Of a DNA stretch of 64,000 nt, positions 51,630-64,000 are shown piece by piece. The translations under genes and the position numbers were made by a program. Position 1 is the first letter of the stretch. Every line of letters starts with the position of its first letter. This DNA comes from Octopus sinensis. Lineage: Eukaryota. The notes beneath the pieces are model-generated. The model saw nothing but the letters and a program-made list of their open reading frames with translations. It ran no database searches and was not told the DNA's origin. The stretch is taken from positions 1,860,001 to 1,924,000 of the forward strand of contig NC_043001.1 in the NCBI RefSeq assembly GCF_006345805.1, read 5' to 3'.

Positions 51630-52020
51630 TGTATGTATGTATGTATGTATGTATGTATGTATGTATGTATGTATGTAGATAGGAAGGTATGTGTGTGAAT
51701 GTATGTATGTAGGTAGGTAGGAAGGTCGGTATGTATGTGTGTTTACGTACATACATACTTGACTTTGTGTTTGTATATGTGTATGTATGTGTACATATAC
51801 GTGTTTATGTATTATGTGTGCATGTATGTGTGTATGTATGTATGTGGCTATATATGTATGAATGTATGCATGAGTGTATGTATGTGTGAATGTGTGCATG
51901 TGTGCATATGTATGTGTGCACGTATATGTTTGTATATATGTGTGTATGTATGAGTGTATGTATGCATGTATGTATTTATGTTTGTGTGTATGTGTGTGTA
52001 TATATGCATGTGTGTATGTA
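51580..52020. repeat. (TATG)n and degenerate (TG)n microsatellite
   Basis: Direct inspection. Confidence 0.9.
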
Positions 52021-52134
52021 TGACAAAAGCATATCCACACTAAATCTATAAGAAATACTATTACTGACCAAAGTTATGGGAGTCAATTGGCTGAACAGTT
52101 TGATAAAGAAAAAGGAAAAAAAAATTATATGGCC

Positions 52135-52720
52135 AATATTTCTTTTGACTAAGGCAGTAAGCTGGCAGAAATGTTAGCATGCTGGGCAAGATGTCTTTGC
52201 ATTCTGAGTTCAAATTCCACCGAGGTCGACTTTGTCTTTCATCTTGTCAGGGTTGATAAATTAAGTACCAGTTGCATACTAGGGTCGATCTAATTGATGG
52301 CCCCCACTCCCTCAAAATTTCAGGCCTTATGCCTAGAGCAGAAAAGAATATTTCTTTTGACTAAGGTGGTGAGCTGGTAGAAACATCAGCACGCTGGGTG
52401 AAACGCTTTGCGGTATTTCATCTGTCTTTATGTTCTGAGTTCAAATTCCACCAAGGTCGACTTTGTCTTTCATCCTTTTGGGATTGATAAATTAAGTACC
52501 AGTTGCATACTGGGGTCGATCTAATCGACTGGCCCCTACCCCAAAATTTCTGGCCTTGTGCCTAGAGCAGATAAGAATATTTCTTTTAACTCTCTATTGT
52601 TCTGAGTTCAAATCCTATCAAAGGTCAACCTTGTCTCTTAGGCTTTTACCTCTCCTGGATCAATAAGATACCAGTTAAATACTGGGTTCAATATTATCAA
52701 CTAACTCCCTCCTCTCAGAA
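52135..52720 (+). mobile_element. head-to-tail SINE family 1 copies
   Basis: aatatttctttt recurs at 52135, 52347 and 52576, bracketing two full copies, followed by a partial third. Confidence 0.8.
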
Positions 52721-53259
52721 CTCTTGACCAGGTGACTAAAATAGAAACAACAATTATAGCTGATTGCAACCGAGAGAAAGCCATAGTTTTATATCTTCAC
52801 ACTTTTAAAGTCCAGCTTCTTCATTATCCAGATTGGTTTCTTGTTAACTGTGAATCTATTTCCATCTCTGATAAGAAACTGTTCACCGACTTCCTCTTCA
52901 TTGCTAATCATAAACCACAGAGAAACAATAAAAGAAGCTTACATGTGTTGCTAATTAAATAGAATCTGCTTTTCACATCACAGAGCATATTTTCATTTGA
53001 AATATATACTTTTTGAACAAATGATATTTATTAGATATCATGGAGGTCATATCAGTATTTGATACTGACATTAAACTGACATGAGACACTGGCAATATCG
53101 CTCGACAAACTTAATTATTGAAAAGAGACACTGTTTTTCCTTCCCGTTAATTACAGATGTTTTCGTTAGAAAAGATATATATTTCGTTTCAACTCCTACA
53201 CTATTAGCCATCTGTCAAAAGGCATGGCAATAAACATTTCTTATTACCTAATGGAGAGA

Positions 53260-53307
53260 ACAACAACAACAACAACAACAACAATAATAATAATAATAAT
53301 AATAATA

Positions 53308-53354
<47 letters not shown>

Positions 53355-53420
53355 GTAATATGAATATGAATAATAATAATAACAATAATAATAATAGTAA
53401 TAATATGAATAATAATATGA
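53260..53420. repeat. (AAC)n(AAT)n microsatellite
   Basis: Direct inspection. Confidence 0.9.
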
Positions 53421-55039
53421 CTATCAATAGACTGAATGAATAACGAAAGCATCCAGCTTAAAGATAAATTGTTTTGGAAGCGCATCCAAACACTTTGTTT
53501 AAGAATATTTTATTTGAAGTGTTTAACGTTTAACTGATTGTATATTGGAATCACATCATTTGTCTTTTATTGGTTTTGGATGGAATTTAGTGAGCAAAAG
53601 CTTCATTGGTTGTAGATTTTTCATGCTATACTCATAAGTTTGCACTTCCCAATGCAATAAGAACAAGTGGAGTGTCTATCACATGGTGCAGAACAAATAT
53701 TTCAAGGAATTTCATTTTAAAAATACTGGTTTTTGGGTTCTCTCATCAGTTTTCTCATCCTGCCCCGATATATACCCATGAATTATATGCATACAAAAAC
53801 ACATACACCTGAAAGCTTTCTGTATCCACATACCAAATTATGCCAGAAGGGTTTTGGTCAAACTAAGGCCATTATAGAAAACACTTGCTCAGAGTGCCAT
53901 ATAGAAATATGGAACCTTGAATCTTGGGATTACATTCAGAATTTCTAAGCCACATGGCTACACCTTTAGAATGATTAAAAATACCTGCAAATATTTTAAT
54001 GTAATTATTCTGAAGTGAAGTAGTTTAGGTAGAATGTCAATGGATATCTGGATCTTAATATCCCTCCAAGAGCATAGAGACATTCCAGAAGTGTTCCTTG
54101 TCAAAGTTAAATACTGCCTCAAATGTCCACAGGTTCATTCAAGTCCAAGCTTATCCTGGTTTCTCAAAACATTCATGGAAACAACTGAGAGATACAGGAC
54201 TCCATCCTGAATGTTATGCCAGTCTATCACGATTTAAACTTACAGTTACCTCTGGTGTGCATTTTAGGTTGAGCAAACTGGAACAATGTGAAAGGAAATG
54301 TCATGCTTATGGACTTGTGCTGTCTGACCCATGAAACAAAACCCTTAACTAACAATCATGAGTCCAACACAGGACCCACTTGGTTACTTGTCTTCTTTTC
54401 TATTGTGAGGCAGAAACAACACCAACAACAAAATCATTGAAACTGGTGGAGCAGAATAGAAAGTCATGGTGTTACATGTGACGCAATAAAAGTCATTTGA
54501 GGGTTTTCTGCCCTGAGAAACAGGGAAAGCAGAAGAAGAGAGAAAGCAATAGACAAACAGATAAAAGCAGCCGGATTTAGAATCTGCTGTTTCCAGACTG
54601 ACACCAGTCACAGCTGCCAGAATTAGTGAAAAATTCACCTCATCTTCAAGCCTATGAATGAACAACAGAAAAGACAAGTCCATATCCCATAAAATATTAT
54701 TCCGCTATCAGGCAATGATGGGGTGGAGTGGGAAGGGGGATGGAGAATTGACAGATGTGATAAATCCTTGGAGAGTGTAAAAAAAAAAGACTATAAAACA
54801 CAAAAGAAACACCACTGAAGGAAACAAAATATGTGTAAAATACAGAACAAGAACCCCACCCCAGGGAACAATGAGCAATATGACCGTAAGTGGAGTCATA
54901 TTTTGAGCCAATTTAAGATGTTGTTGAAGATTATACAAATGGGCAACAAAATGGTAAGACAAGTATTCTTAATGCTGGATGATTTGCTCTCAGGCCCCTT
55001 TGGTTGCACCAGGTTCCAATATGAAGAGTGGACAAAAGT

Positions 55040-55340
55040 GTGAACAAAACAAACATCAGGCTGATGGAAAATACATTCAAAGTTTGTTTCACACAACAGA
55101 TGAGTACATTCAGAAACAGTTTTAAGTGAAATTCCATGGCACTATCAAAATACATTTGGGAGCTGAAAGATAGACAGCTAAAACCTCTTTTTCATAAGTT
55201 GGCATATAGCCACAAAAGTGAAAATGTATACAGGGTGAAGTACTTAATGTTATTTGTGTGGAGAAGCTGCAAATTATCAACATTTTGCAGATGAGAGACA
55301 AGACATTCTCCTCTTGCATGCAAACAAAGAAATTTAACTT
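55040..55340 (+). mobile_element. Penelope-like GIY-YIG endonuclease remnant
   Basis: NIRLMENTFKVCFTQQMSTFRNSFK*NSMALSKYIWELKD..CYLC resembles the PLE motif YIG.TE..FK.R...H...F....NSTALSKYIWELK..C.LC. Confidence 0.7.
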
Positions 55341-56517
55341 ACAATCGTTCAAGCATATTTCTGTTATTGAAGAATTCTGCTTGTAAAATAAACACCCACA
55401 GGTTTGTTAGTGATCTGAGTCAACTGAACGCATTAACATATATCTGTCCACTTTGTATCTATTTTCAACATTACCCTTATACCCCCAACACTGCTGTAAT
55501 GTGGCCCAATTGCTCACTTGACAGACGACTTCAAACTGCCCAGTTTATTCTGACTCTTTGACCTGTATTTGTATTAAGCGTCTTGAAATTGTGCATCCTG
55601 GAATATCAAAGTTTGTATCTTATACACTCACATTGTGATTTGAAAAGACTGTGATCTGCCCACATGACCAGTGACTAAGACCAGCCCTGATAGTTAAAGC
55701 AGATAAGCAATAATCCATATGGATTATTTAGCTGCTTGGCTTGTGCAATTTATGTCCTCCTGAACAAATTTCATGACCAGGTGGGCAATTAAACAGAATT
55801 ACCTACTCTCTACACAGGTTCCTTCATTGCTCAAATTTCTATGCTTACTTTTGGTATTTGTTCTTTGATTTTATACTGAGTATCTTGTGATTTGTGTTGT
55901 GTATTCTGTCATTCTATGATTGTGTACCTGAAACTCAGTTTCCACAATGCTGAATCTTGGATTTTTGTCTCTGGACATGTTGCCTATGTGCACACTGTAC
56001 ATTGATCTATATGTCATAATTCATACTCAAACCTGTGGCTTCCAAGTTCACTTCTTGCATTTGGTGACTGGACTCACGTGCTTCATATCAAACAAAATAC
56101 CTTGAAGCCTTTGTTTTGTAGATTCTTAGTTCAAATCCTATCAAAGTCACCTTTGTCTTCCATCCACTGAGGTCGATGTGATAAAGAACCAGTCAACCAC
56201 TGGAGAACAATTTAATTGCTTGAATTCTTTATCAAAAGTTGATGTCTTGTGCCTTTGTTAGAAACGTTTGCTAGAATTATTATTATTGTTGTTGTGCAAA
56301 TTGAAGAAAATAAACATACACGCATACACATGAGCATAAATGCTTAAGAAGTTTGCAAATCCAGTACGTAAGATATACTTTCAGCATCATACCCATCATT
56401 ATTGGAGCAACAAGATATGTATGAAACTGCTGATGCAAAGTATGGTTGAACTGGGGTTCTTGAGGAGAGAACACAATTCCTTAATTCATACATTACAAAT
56501 GACCACAATATCTGTGA

Positions 56518-56558
<41 letters not shown>

Positions 56559-57867
56559 CATTCGAGCATGGTCATTGCCAGTGCCACCAAACTGGCTCCC
56601 GTGCATGTAGCATGTAAAAAGCACCTTTTGAGCATGGTTGTTGCCAGAACAGCCTGACTGGCCCTCATGCTTGTGACATGTAAAAAGCACCCACTACACA
56701 GTTGGAGTGGCGTCAGGAGAGGGCATCCTGCTGTAGAAACTTCGCCAGGTCAGATTGGAGCCTGGTGCAGCCTTCTGGCTCACCTGCCCTCAGTCAAACC
56801 GTCAAACCCATGCCAGTAAGGAAAGCGTGTGTTAAACAACAATGACGATGATATATATATACTTCTAATAAAGGTTTAAATTTCTTTTTTAAATTTCATC
56901 AAGTGGCCAGTATATTAAAATAACTTTAAAGGTGAAAAGTAAAAACAATTATAAATAAGGGCAAAAGAATAAAATTTTCTATGTCAAAATGGCAGTGTCC
57001 CAGCATGGCCACAACTTGTGAGCTGAAACTAGATAAAATAAAATAAAATAAATGCTGAGAAATAGACTTTAAATCGTCAATCACCACATACAATATACAT
57101 CACTATGAATACACATCATGCTGAATTGAGGAAAGCAAGATAACAGAATTTTTTAAAATGCGTTATCTCTATATTGAATTAATTTGGGGATTAATCCAAC
57201 GGATTTTTCCACTCATCAACAGAGAATATGATAAGAAATAAATGAAATACTTACAAGCACCCATGGAAAAACATCAGAAGCAAAAGTCATGAGGACACAT
57301 AAGTACCCCAGTTAATAAAGCACCATAAAAGGTAGAATTATAAACATACAAAGCAGGTGTATATGAAGTATGATCATTGCCTTATTTTTGCTGGAGTTTA
57401 TGTTATTTTAATGATATTTATATTTTTCCCTGATTTTGATTCTGATTATGACTGGGGCTATCAGGTGAGTAAACAAGCAGAGATGTAATGGATATTTTAA
57501 AATTTGGTCGTCCAAGGTATACTCAGCTGAAGACAACCAATTGGATTTGTGTTCACACATGTGACCCGAACAGTTTGAAACTGCCGTATTGAGTTCTCCT
57601 TTATTCCTCTAACAGTCTCCATAGAGGTAAGACAGAATTTTCCTATATTCATCACCTGCACACATCTCTGCCTGTAAATACTCAGTGAAGCTCTACATAG
57701 TGCCATAAACATACTGGCTGTCATTTCTAGCAATGATCATACTTTGTGTACGTCTGCCTTATGTATTTATAATTTTACTTATATGGTGCTTTATTCTTGA
57801 TGGATATTAATGTGTTATTTTAACAATATTTATATTTGCATGTATATATATATATATATATATATAG

Positions 57868-58024
57868 GGGGAGAGTTCTCGAAAAAAACAAAAGATGAAG
57901 ACAGGTGGTGTACAAAACAAACAGATCTATTAGTATAATGCTCAGGAATAGAAAAAGTCTTTTATGTTTCAAGCCTATGCTCCTCTACAGAAAGGGACAC
58001 GGAAAAAACAAGGAGAGAAAAATG
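57868..58024 (-). mobile_element. short Penelope-pLTR-like repeat with variant hammerhead-like core, copy 2
   Basis: Minus strand reads cttt-CTGTAGA-g-GAGC-atag-GCTT-GAAAC-ATA-aaag. Confidence 0.6.
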
Positions 58025-59079
58025 TGTGTTGTGGCTACTGGTCTAAAGCTGAAAAGAAAAGGCAAACAGTTTGATAGTTATTTAGCTTTATTATATAGCT
58101 AAATTAAATGTCCTTGACTTGCCTTTTCTCTTCTGTTTTAATCTATACTTACCAACTCAAGGGGAAGCCTCTTCTAGCCACCTTAGGAAGTCACAAAATC
58201 ACGTCTTGAACTGTAGCTCAAAAAGGAATTTTAGTGGAACCCTAATTTGAACCCTCAGAGATATACCTATTAGTTTTGAGCCACCCTGATGAAAACTCCT
58301 CATATCATATATATATATATTCTTTTATTTTTTATTCTTTTACTTGTTTCAGTCATTTGACTGTGGCCATGCTGGGGTGCCACCTTTATTTGAAGAAATT
58401 GGCCCCAGGACTTATTCTTTGTAAGACTAGCACTTATTCTATCAGTCCCTTTTGCTGATTTGCCTATTTGCGGGGATGTAAACACACCAACACTGGTTGT
58501 CAAGCGATGGTGGAGTACAAACACAAACACACAAACACATTCATACAAACACACACACATACACACAACAGGCTTCTTTCAGTTTCCCTCTACCAAATCC
58601 ATTCACAAAGCTTTAGTTGGCTATAGCAGAAGTCATTTGCCCAAGGTGCCATGCAGTGGGACTGAAACTGGAGCCGTTTGGCTGGGAAGCAAGCTTCTTA
58701 CCACACAGCCACTCATTCTCATTTCATTCAATTCATTTTTTTAATTGTATTTTTCCATTTCATTTTGAAATGAAATAATTGGAGAATGGAGTGGAGTGAA
58801 GAATGTGATACCAAAAGAATACTGAAAGCACAAGTTCTGCAGGGCTGGAGATGTTGTAAGGTTCACAGACAACAGGTGAACCCATGCAGTTGCCAAGTTC
58901 TATCCAAGAATTTAGAAAAGGCCATTTGGAGGGCCTTCACGATGATGGAAAGATGATTTAGTCAAAAAATTGGGGTCGAGAAAGAAAAGAATGGTGCAAT
59001 CAAGACAGAAATGGAACTGCATTGTGAACAGTGGGGTTTAACAGCATACAAGGGTCTGATCAAGACTTTGATATCTTTG

Positions 59080-59155
<76 letters not shown>

Positions 59156-59918
59156 AAATACACTTATACACATATTTATTTCTTTATTGCCCTCAAGGGG
59201 CTAAACATAGAGGGGACAAACAAGGACAGATAAAGGGATTAAATCGATGACATGGATCCCAGTGCGTAACTGGTACTTTATTTATCGACCCCAAAAGGAT
59301 GAAAGGCAAAGTCAACCTTGGCAGAATTTGAACTCAGAATGTAACAGCAAATGAAATACCGCTAAGCATTTCGCCCGGCGCACTAACCACTCTGCCAGCT
59401 CAACGCCTTAACTTAACACTTATACACATATATGTGTGCATGTGTGTATGTGTGTGTGTGCGTGTGTGTGTGTGTGTGTTTATGTGTGCATGTGCGTGTA
59501 TGTGTGTGTTCATGTGTAAATGCCAAAAGGCTGCGATGTTTAAGTGCAAGGAGACTTTTGAAAAATGGACAAATGTCTCGGCTTTGATGAGCGTCATTTC
59601 TCAGCTGCAACCCAAATTGGAAAACCAATAAATTATGAAAGAAATAACCAAATATTGGAGAAAAAAACAAACCCAATGGAAGTCGTTAATAACGGTTGAG
59701 GAAGAAGAAGATAGGAAGAAGGCGTGGTGCATGGAGATGTGCAAGAATGAGACGGAATTATATTTGTAATTTTAATCACTGTTGATAATAATTTTCTTTC
59801 TTAATCTTTTTAACCTCCTGGAAACAAGTCAGATGCAGCAGGCGTTTGCAAAGCTAACAACAACAACAACAACAACAATGACGACGGCAACAGTAATATA
59901 AACAACAATACAATTTTC

Positions 59919-59949
<31 letters not shown>

Positions 59950-60162
59950 CCTTTCTGCTATAGGCACAAGGGCTTTATTTTTGTGAGGTGGGTGGCAATC
60001 GATCATATTGACCCCAGTATTTGACTGGTTCTTGATTTATCGACCCCAAAAGGATGAGAAGCAAAGTTGGCCACACTGGTATTTGGATTCCGAACATAGC
60101 AACAAACGAAATACCACTAAGTATTTCACCTGCCACACTAATGATTCTGCCAGCTCGCTGAC

Positions 60163-60198
<36 letters not shown>

Positions 60199-60229
60199 TA
60201 ATAATAATAATATCATAATAATAATATCC

Positions 60230-61490
60230 TTAACTGGACACGAAATGAACTGACCAAAATAGATAGGAAAACAAGAAAAATAATGACAGGATCTAGGATG
60301 CATCACCCAAAATCTGACATAGAAAGACTATATATACAACGTATAGAAGGTGGTAGAGGCCTTATACAGCTGGAAAACTACTATAAAATAACCACTGCAA
60401 AAATATCTACTTCAGAAGGAAGGAAAACTGATCCAGATAGCAGCAAAACACGAGCAAAACAAAAAACTGTTCTCAGTATTTAAGGAAGCTGACAAATACA
60501 AACAAGAAATCATACCACCTAATAAACATGAAGAAGAAGAAGAAGATGAAGAAACAACAAAAGCTATAAAACAAATGAAATCCAAACTAAAAATAGAACA
60601 GCAACGAACCATGATAAAACGATGGCAAGAAAAGCCCCTTCATGGTAAATACTGCACTAAACTAAACGCAAAAGAAATAGACAAAGATAAATCCCAGCAA
60701 TGGTTGAGAAGCTCAGGACTCAAAGCAGAGACAGAGGGATTTTTAATTGCAGCACAAGACTGAAGCCTCCCCACCAGAAATTACCAAAAACATGTAATGA
60801 AAAGAAATATTACAAGTAACTGCAGAATATGTGGAGATGGACAAGAAACAATAAATCATATTATCTCTAGCTGCCCAGTCCTGGCTAAGAAGGAATATAT
60901 TCACAGACATGACAGAGTTGGAACCTACATACATTGGAAGCTATGCCAACATTATGGAATAACAACAGAAAAAAGATGGTATAGGCACACACCAGAAAAG
61001 GTCACAGAAAACGAGAAAGCAACCATACTCTGGGATATGCCGATACACACAGATAGAGAAATTAAGGCCAACAGACCAGATATAGTTGTCAGAGACCATG
61101 AAGAAAAAAAATGCTTTCTAATTGATGTATCAATACCGGCTGATGACAACGTGTCTCTAAAAGAAATGGAGAAACTCTCAAAATACAAAGACCTGGAAAT
61201 AGAGGTAACTAGAATGTGGAATCTGAAAACAGAAACAATTCCTATCATAGTAGGTGCATTAGGCATGATAAAAAATATTCAGACAAATACATAACAAAAA
61301 CACCAGGACTTACAAACACATATAACATACAGAAAATTGCACTACTAGGCACTGCACACATCCTACGCAGAACACTTTCCATACAATAACCATTAGAGCA
61401 TCACAACAAATCACAGCACATACCCAAGGCACACAGAGCTGCGCTCGGTAGTGAAGTGAAAGCATGCTATAAAAATAAAACTACTGAATA
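60230..61490 (+). mobile_element. 5'-truncated R4/Dong-clade LINE subfamily A flanked by (AAT)n
   Basis: ORFs read HHPKSDIERLYIQRIEGGRGLIQLE, CRICGDGQETINHIISSC..HRHDRV and RPDIVVRD..FLIDVSIP..EKLSKYKDL, with a nonsense codon at about 60761. (AAT)n lies at 60165-60225 and 61490-61565. Confidence 0.93.
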
Positions 61491-61521
61491 ATAATAATAA
61501 TAATAATGATGATGATGATAA

Positions 61522-61566
<45 letters not shown>

Positions 61567-61569
61567 GAT

Positions 61570-62510
61570 ATAGCATGCCCAGCTGACAACAAGGTATGCA
61601 ATAAGGAAGAAAGAAAAGTCGATAGATATGACAGATTAGCTTGGGAGGTTAAGCAGTTGTGGTCAATGAAAAGGTGGTAGTGGTGCCAATAATTGTTGGA
61701 AACCTGGGAACAGTGAGTAAAAATCTTGAGAAGAATGGCAGTGGCCCAACATGTTGTGTATGTCAACAACTAAATGAAACCATTGATCATGTTGTCTCCA
61801 AGTGCAGTCTTCTTGTGTCTACAGAGTATCTCAACAGGCATAATAGAGCTGCACAATATATTCACTGGGTAATTTGCAAAAGCCTGGACTTGCCCCATGA
61901 AAAAAACTGGTGGGAACACAAACCACCTCCAGTGCTTGAAAATGACCACATCTCACTCCTCTGGAACTTCACCATTTAAACTGACAGAAAGATAGATTCA
62001 AATAGGCCAGACATCATAGTAAAAGACTTCAGACAAAAAACATGCCTCCTCATTGATATGACTGTCCCAATCGATATAAACGTATCTGTCAAGACCTACC
62101 AAAAACTGAACAAGTATAAAGATCTTGAAATAGAAATCAGCAAAATGTGGAACCTGAAGACTAAAACAGTACCTGTTGTCATGGGTGCCCTGGGAATGCT
62201 AGCAAAAGGGGCTGATTGTTACCTAACTCAGATACCAGGAAGTCCCAAAAATGGCAGAAATTCAAAAGATAGTGTTCATGGGAACTGCTCATATCCTACA
62301 CAAAATACTTTCTATGTAATCTCAAGTTTTAAAAGAAACATAATTTTCGTATGGTTTTTTAGACATTCACTAGTACAACACTAAGTACAAAACCAAATAT
62401 ATGGCACCCTAGGCATAACACCAACATGAACTTCCAACTTGTTGTCTCTTGAGGTCTCTGGGTGAGACTTGGAGCCAGCTTGTGCAAATGTAAAGCAAAA
62501 GTAAAACATA
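61570..62510 (+). mobile_element. R4/Dong-clade LINE 3' fragments (other subfamilies)
   Basis: CCVCQQLNETIDHVVSKC..EYLNRHN and VPIDINVSVKTYQKLNKYKDL..VPVVMGALG; followed by (AAT)n at 62515-62680. Confidence 0.88.
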
Positions 62511-62529
62511 GAATAATAATAATAATAAC

Positions 62530-62573
<44 letters not shown>

Positions 62574-62581
62574 AGATGATG

Positions 62582-62612
<31 letters not shown>

Positions 62613-62623
62613 TGATGATGATG

Positions 62624-62682
<59 letters not shown>

Positions 62683-62686
<4 letters not shown>

Positions 62687-63238
62687 GCCCTGATGCAGTA
62701 CCAGGCAGTGGCTCTCATGGCTTCTGATCTTAACTGATTGGAAGTGTTATCATGTACTTTGTTTTGTCTCGGTATAAAAGATGGGCTACAGCAAATATTC
62801 TGCTCAATACCACAGATTTGCTTGTCAGTTGTTTGACCTTAACCAGTTGAGCATGTCCCTTAGTGGCTGACAATATGTGCATCTCTGATCACGAGCAGAA
62901 GTAGTGGGGGAGCATCATAGCCATGTGTTGAGAGGGATTCTTTGGGGTTTGAATATTTCACCTCTGGAAACATGGGTGGTATTTTCAACATCCTTAAATA
63001 ACCCTTATTCAGGGACTGTTTGAGCGGGATGGGCTACTCAACCTGAAGAAAATTCTAACTGGGCCCCACCTGCAAGATCATGTGCTGTTTATCTTGATAT
63101 GAGATCACCATGTCGCGCACATATGGTTGTGATGCATGTGCCTGGTGTACCCTTATCAGACGGGTAGTCATGATGGGTATATTGGGCTTTGTATATTTTA
63201 CCCCAGTGTCACTTTGATGGCATGAACTGCTCTCTCAC
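62683..63238. repeat. unclassified ~555-bp interspersed element, copy 2
   Basis: Matches 1438-1990; has (AAT)n on both sides. Confidence 0.85.
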
Positions 63239-63289
63239 TCAATAATAATAATAATAATAATAATAACAATAATAATAATAATAATAATA

Positions 63290-64000
63290 ACTCCTGCTAC
63301 ATCTGATAAAATGGATAAGTGAATGTTTGAGTATATTCAGTGTAGCATACAACATAACAGCATTAATTAGCTTTAGCATGAAGAAATGGAAAGCAGATCT
63401 CTACTTAGGTGATACACTCTTAGAGAAAGTTAATATTAAAAGAGGAATTTCCCAGGGGGACTCGTTATCCCCTTTAATATTTGCCTAGTTGTTTGATCTC
63501 CCTCAGTTTAGTATTAAGGAAAGCAAAGGCAGTGTATCAGTTCAGAAATAGTAAGGAAAATATTAACCATTTGCTCTACATGGATGATCTGAAGCTTTTT
63601 AGTTAGAATGAAAAAGAAATAGATTCCTTAATACAGACTGCAAGACCCTTCAGCAAAGATATGGGCATGGAATTTGGCAGAGATAAGTGTGTAATATTAA
63701 TCATGAGAAGGGGACAGGTAAGTGAGCAGCGAAGGCATCCAATTACCTGATGGCCAAACATTAAAAACATTGATAAGGGGAGAGAGAGTTATAAGTATCT
63801 AGGAATATTAGAATCTGAGGGAGTACCAATTGCAGAAAGGAAAATGAAAATTGACAAGGAGTACATGAGAAGGGTGAGGAAGCTGATGAAGTCAAAGGTA
63901 AATGGTTCGAATCTTGTGAAGGCTGTAAATACTTGGGCTATATCATTACTTTGATACTCAGCAGCTTTTGTAGATTGGACAAAAACTGAATTAGCAAAAG
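63290..64000 (+). mobile_element. R4/Dong-clade LINE RT fragment, frameshifted, runs off the window
   Basis: KRGISQGDSLSPLIF, INHLLYMDDLKLF, GMEFGRDKC and YKYLGILE motifs. Confidence 0.9.

Noticed and set aside
59540-59610. Minus-strand ctgagaaa..gccgagac as a third hammerhead family
   Set aside because: Both core segments deviate and no stem II closes.

Overview
AT-rich, repeat-dense animal genomic DNA. The SINE, LINE and microsatellite families look like those of Octopus (inference from remembered repeat families, not a database hit). I could not identify any host protein-coding gene with confidence. Almost every ORF in the track is microsatellite translation or a decayed transposable element. 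The elements present are R4/Dong-clade non-LTR retrotransposons stacked in (AAT)n arrays, RTE LINE fragments, Tc1/mariner, Helitron, hAT and Penelope remnants, and at least five SINE or short-repeat families. The most interesting signal is a tRNA(Arg-like)-headed SINE, present in four copies, that carries a minimal type I hammerhead ribozyme. Its consensus is GACAC-CUGAUGA-A-GGCUG..CAGCC-GAAAC-GUU-GUGUU, with a palindromic ACGU stem III of the kind that works as a dimer in Penelope-like elements. One copy has an intact core (45555-45600) and forms a roughly 500-bp inverted repeat with a sister copy. A second short repeat family carries a variant hammerhead-like core (CUGUAGA), and a decayed Penelope GIY-YIG endonuclease lies at about 55 kb. 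Element boundaries are approximate unless exact motifs are quoted.
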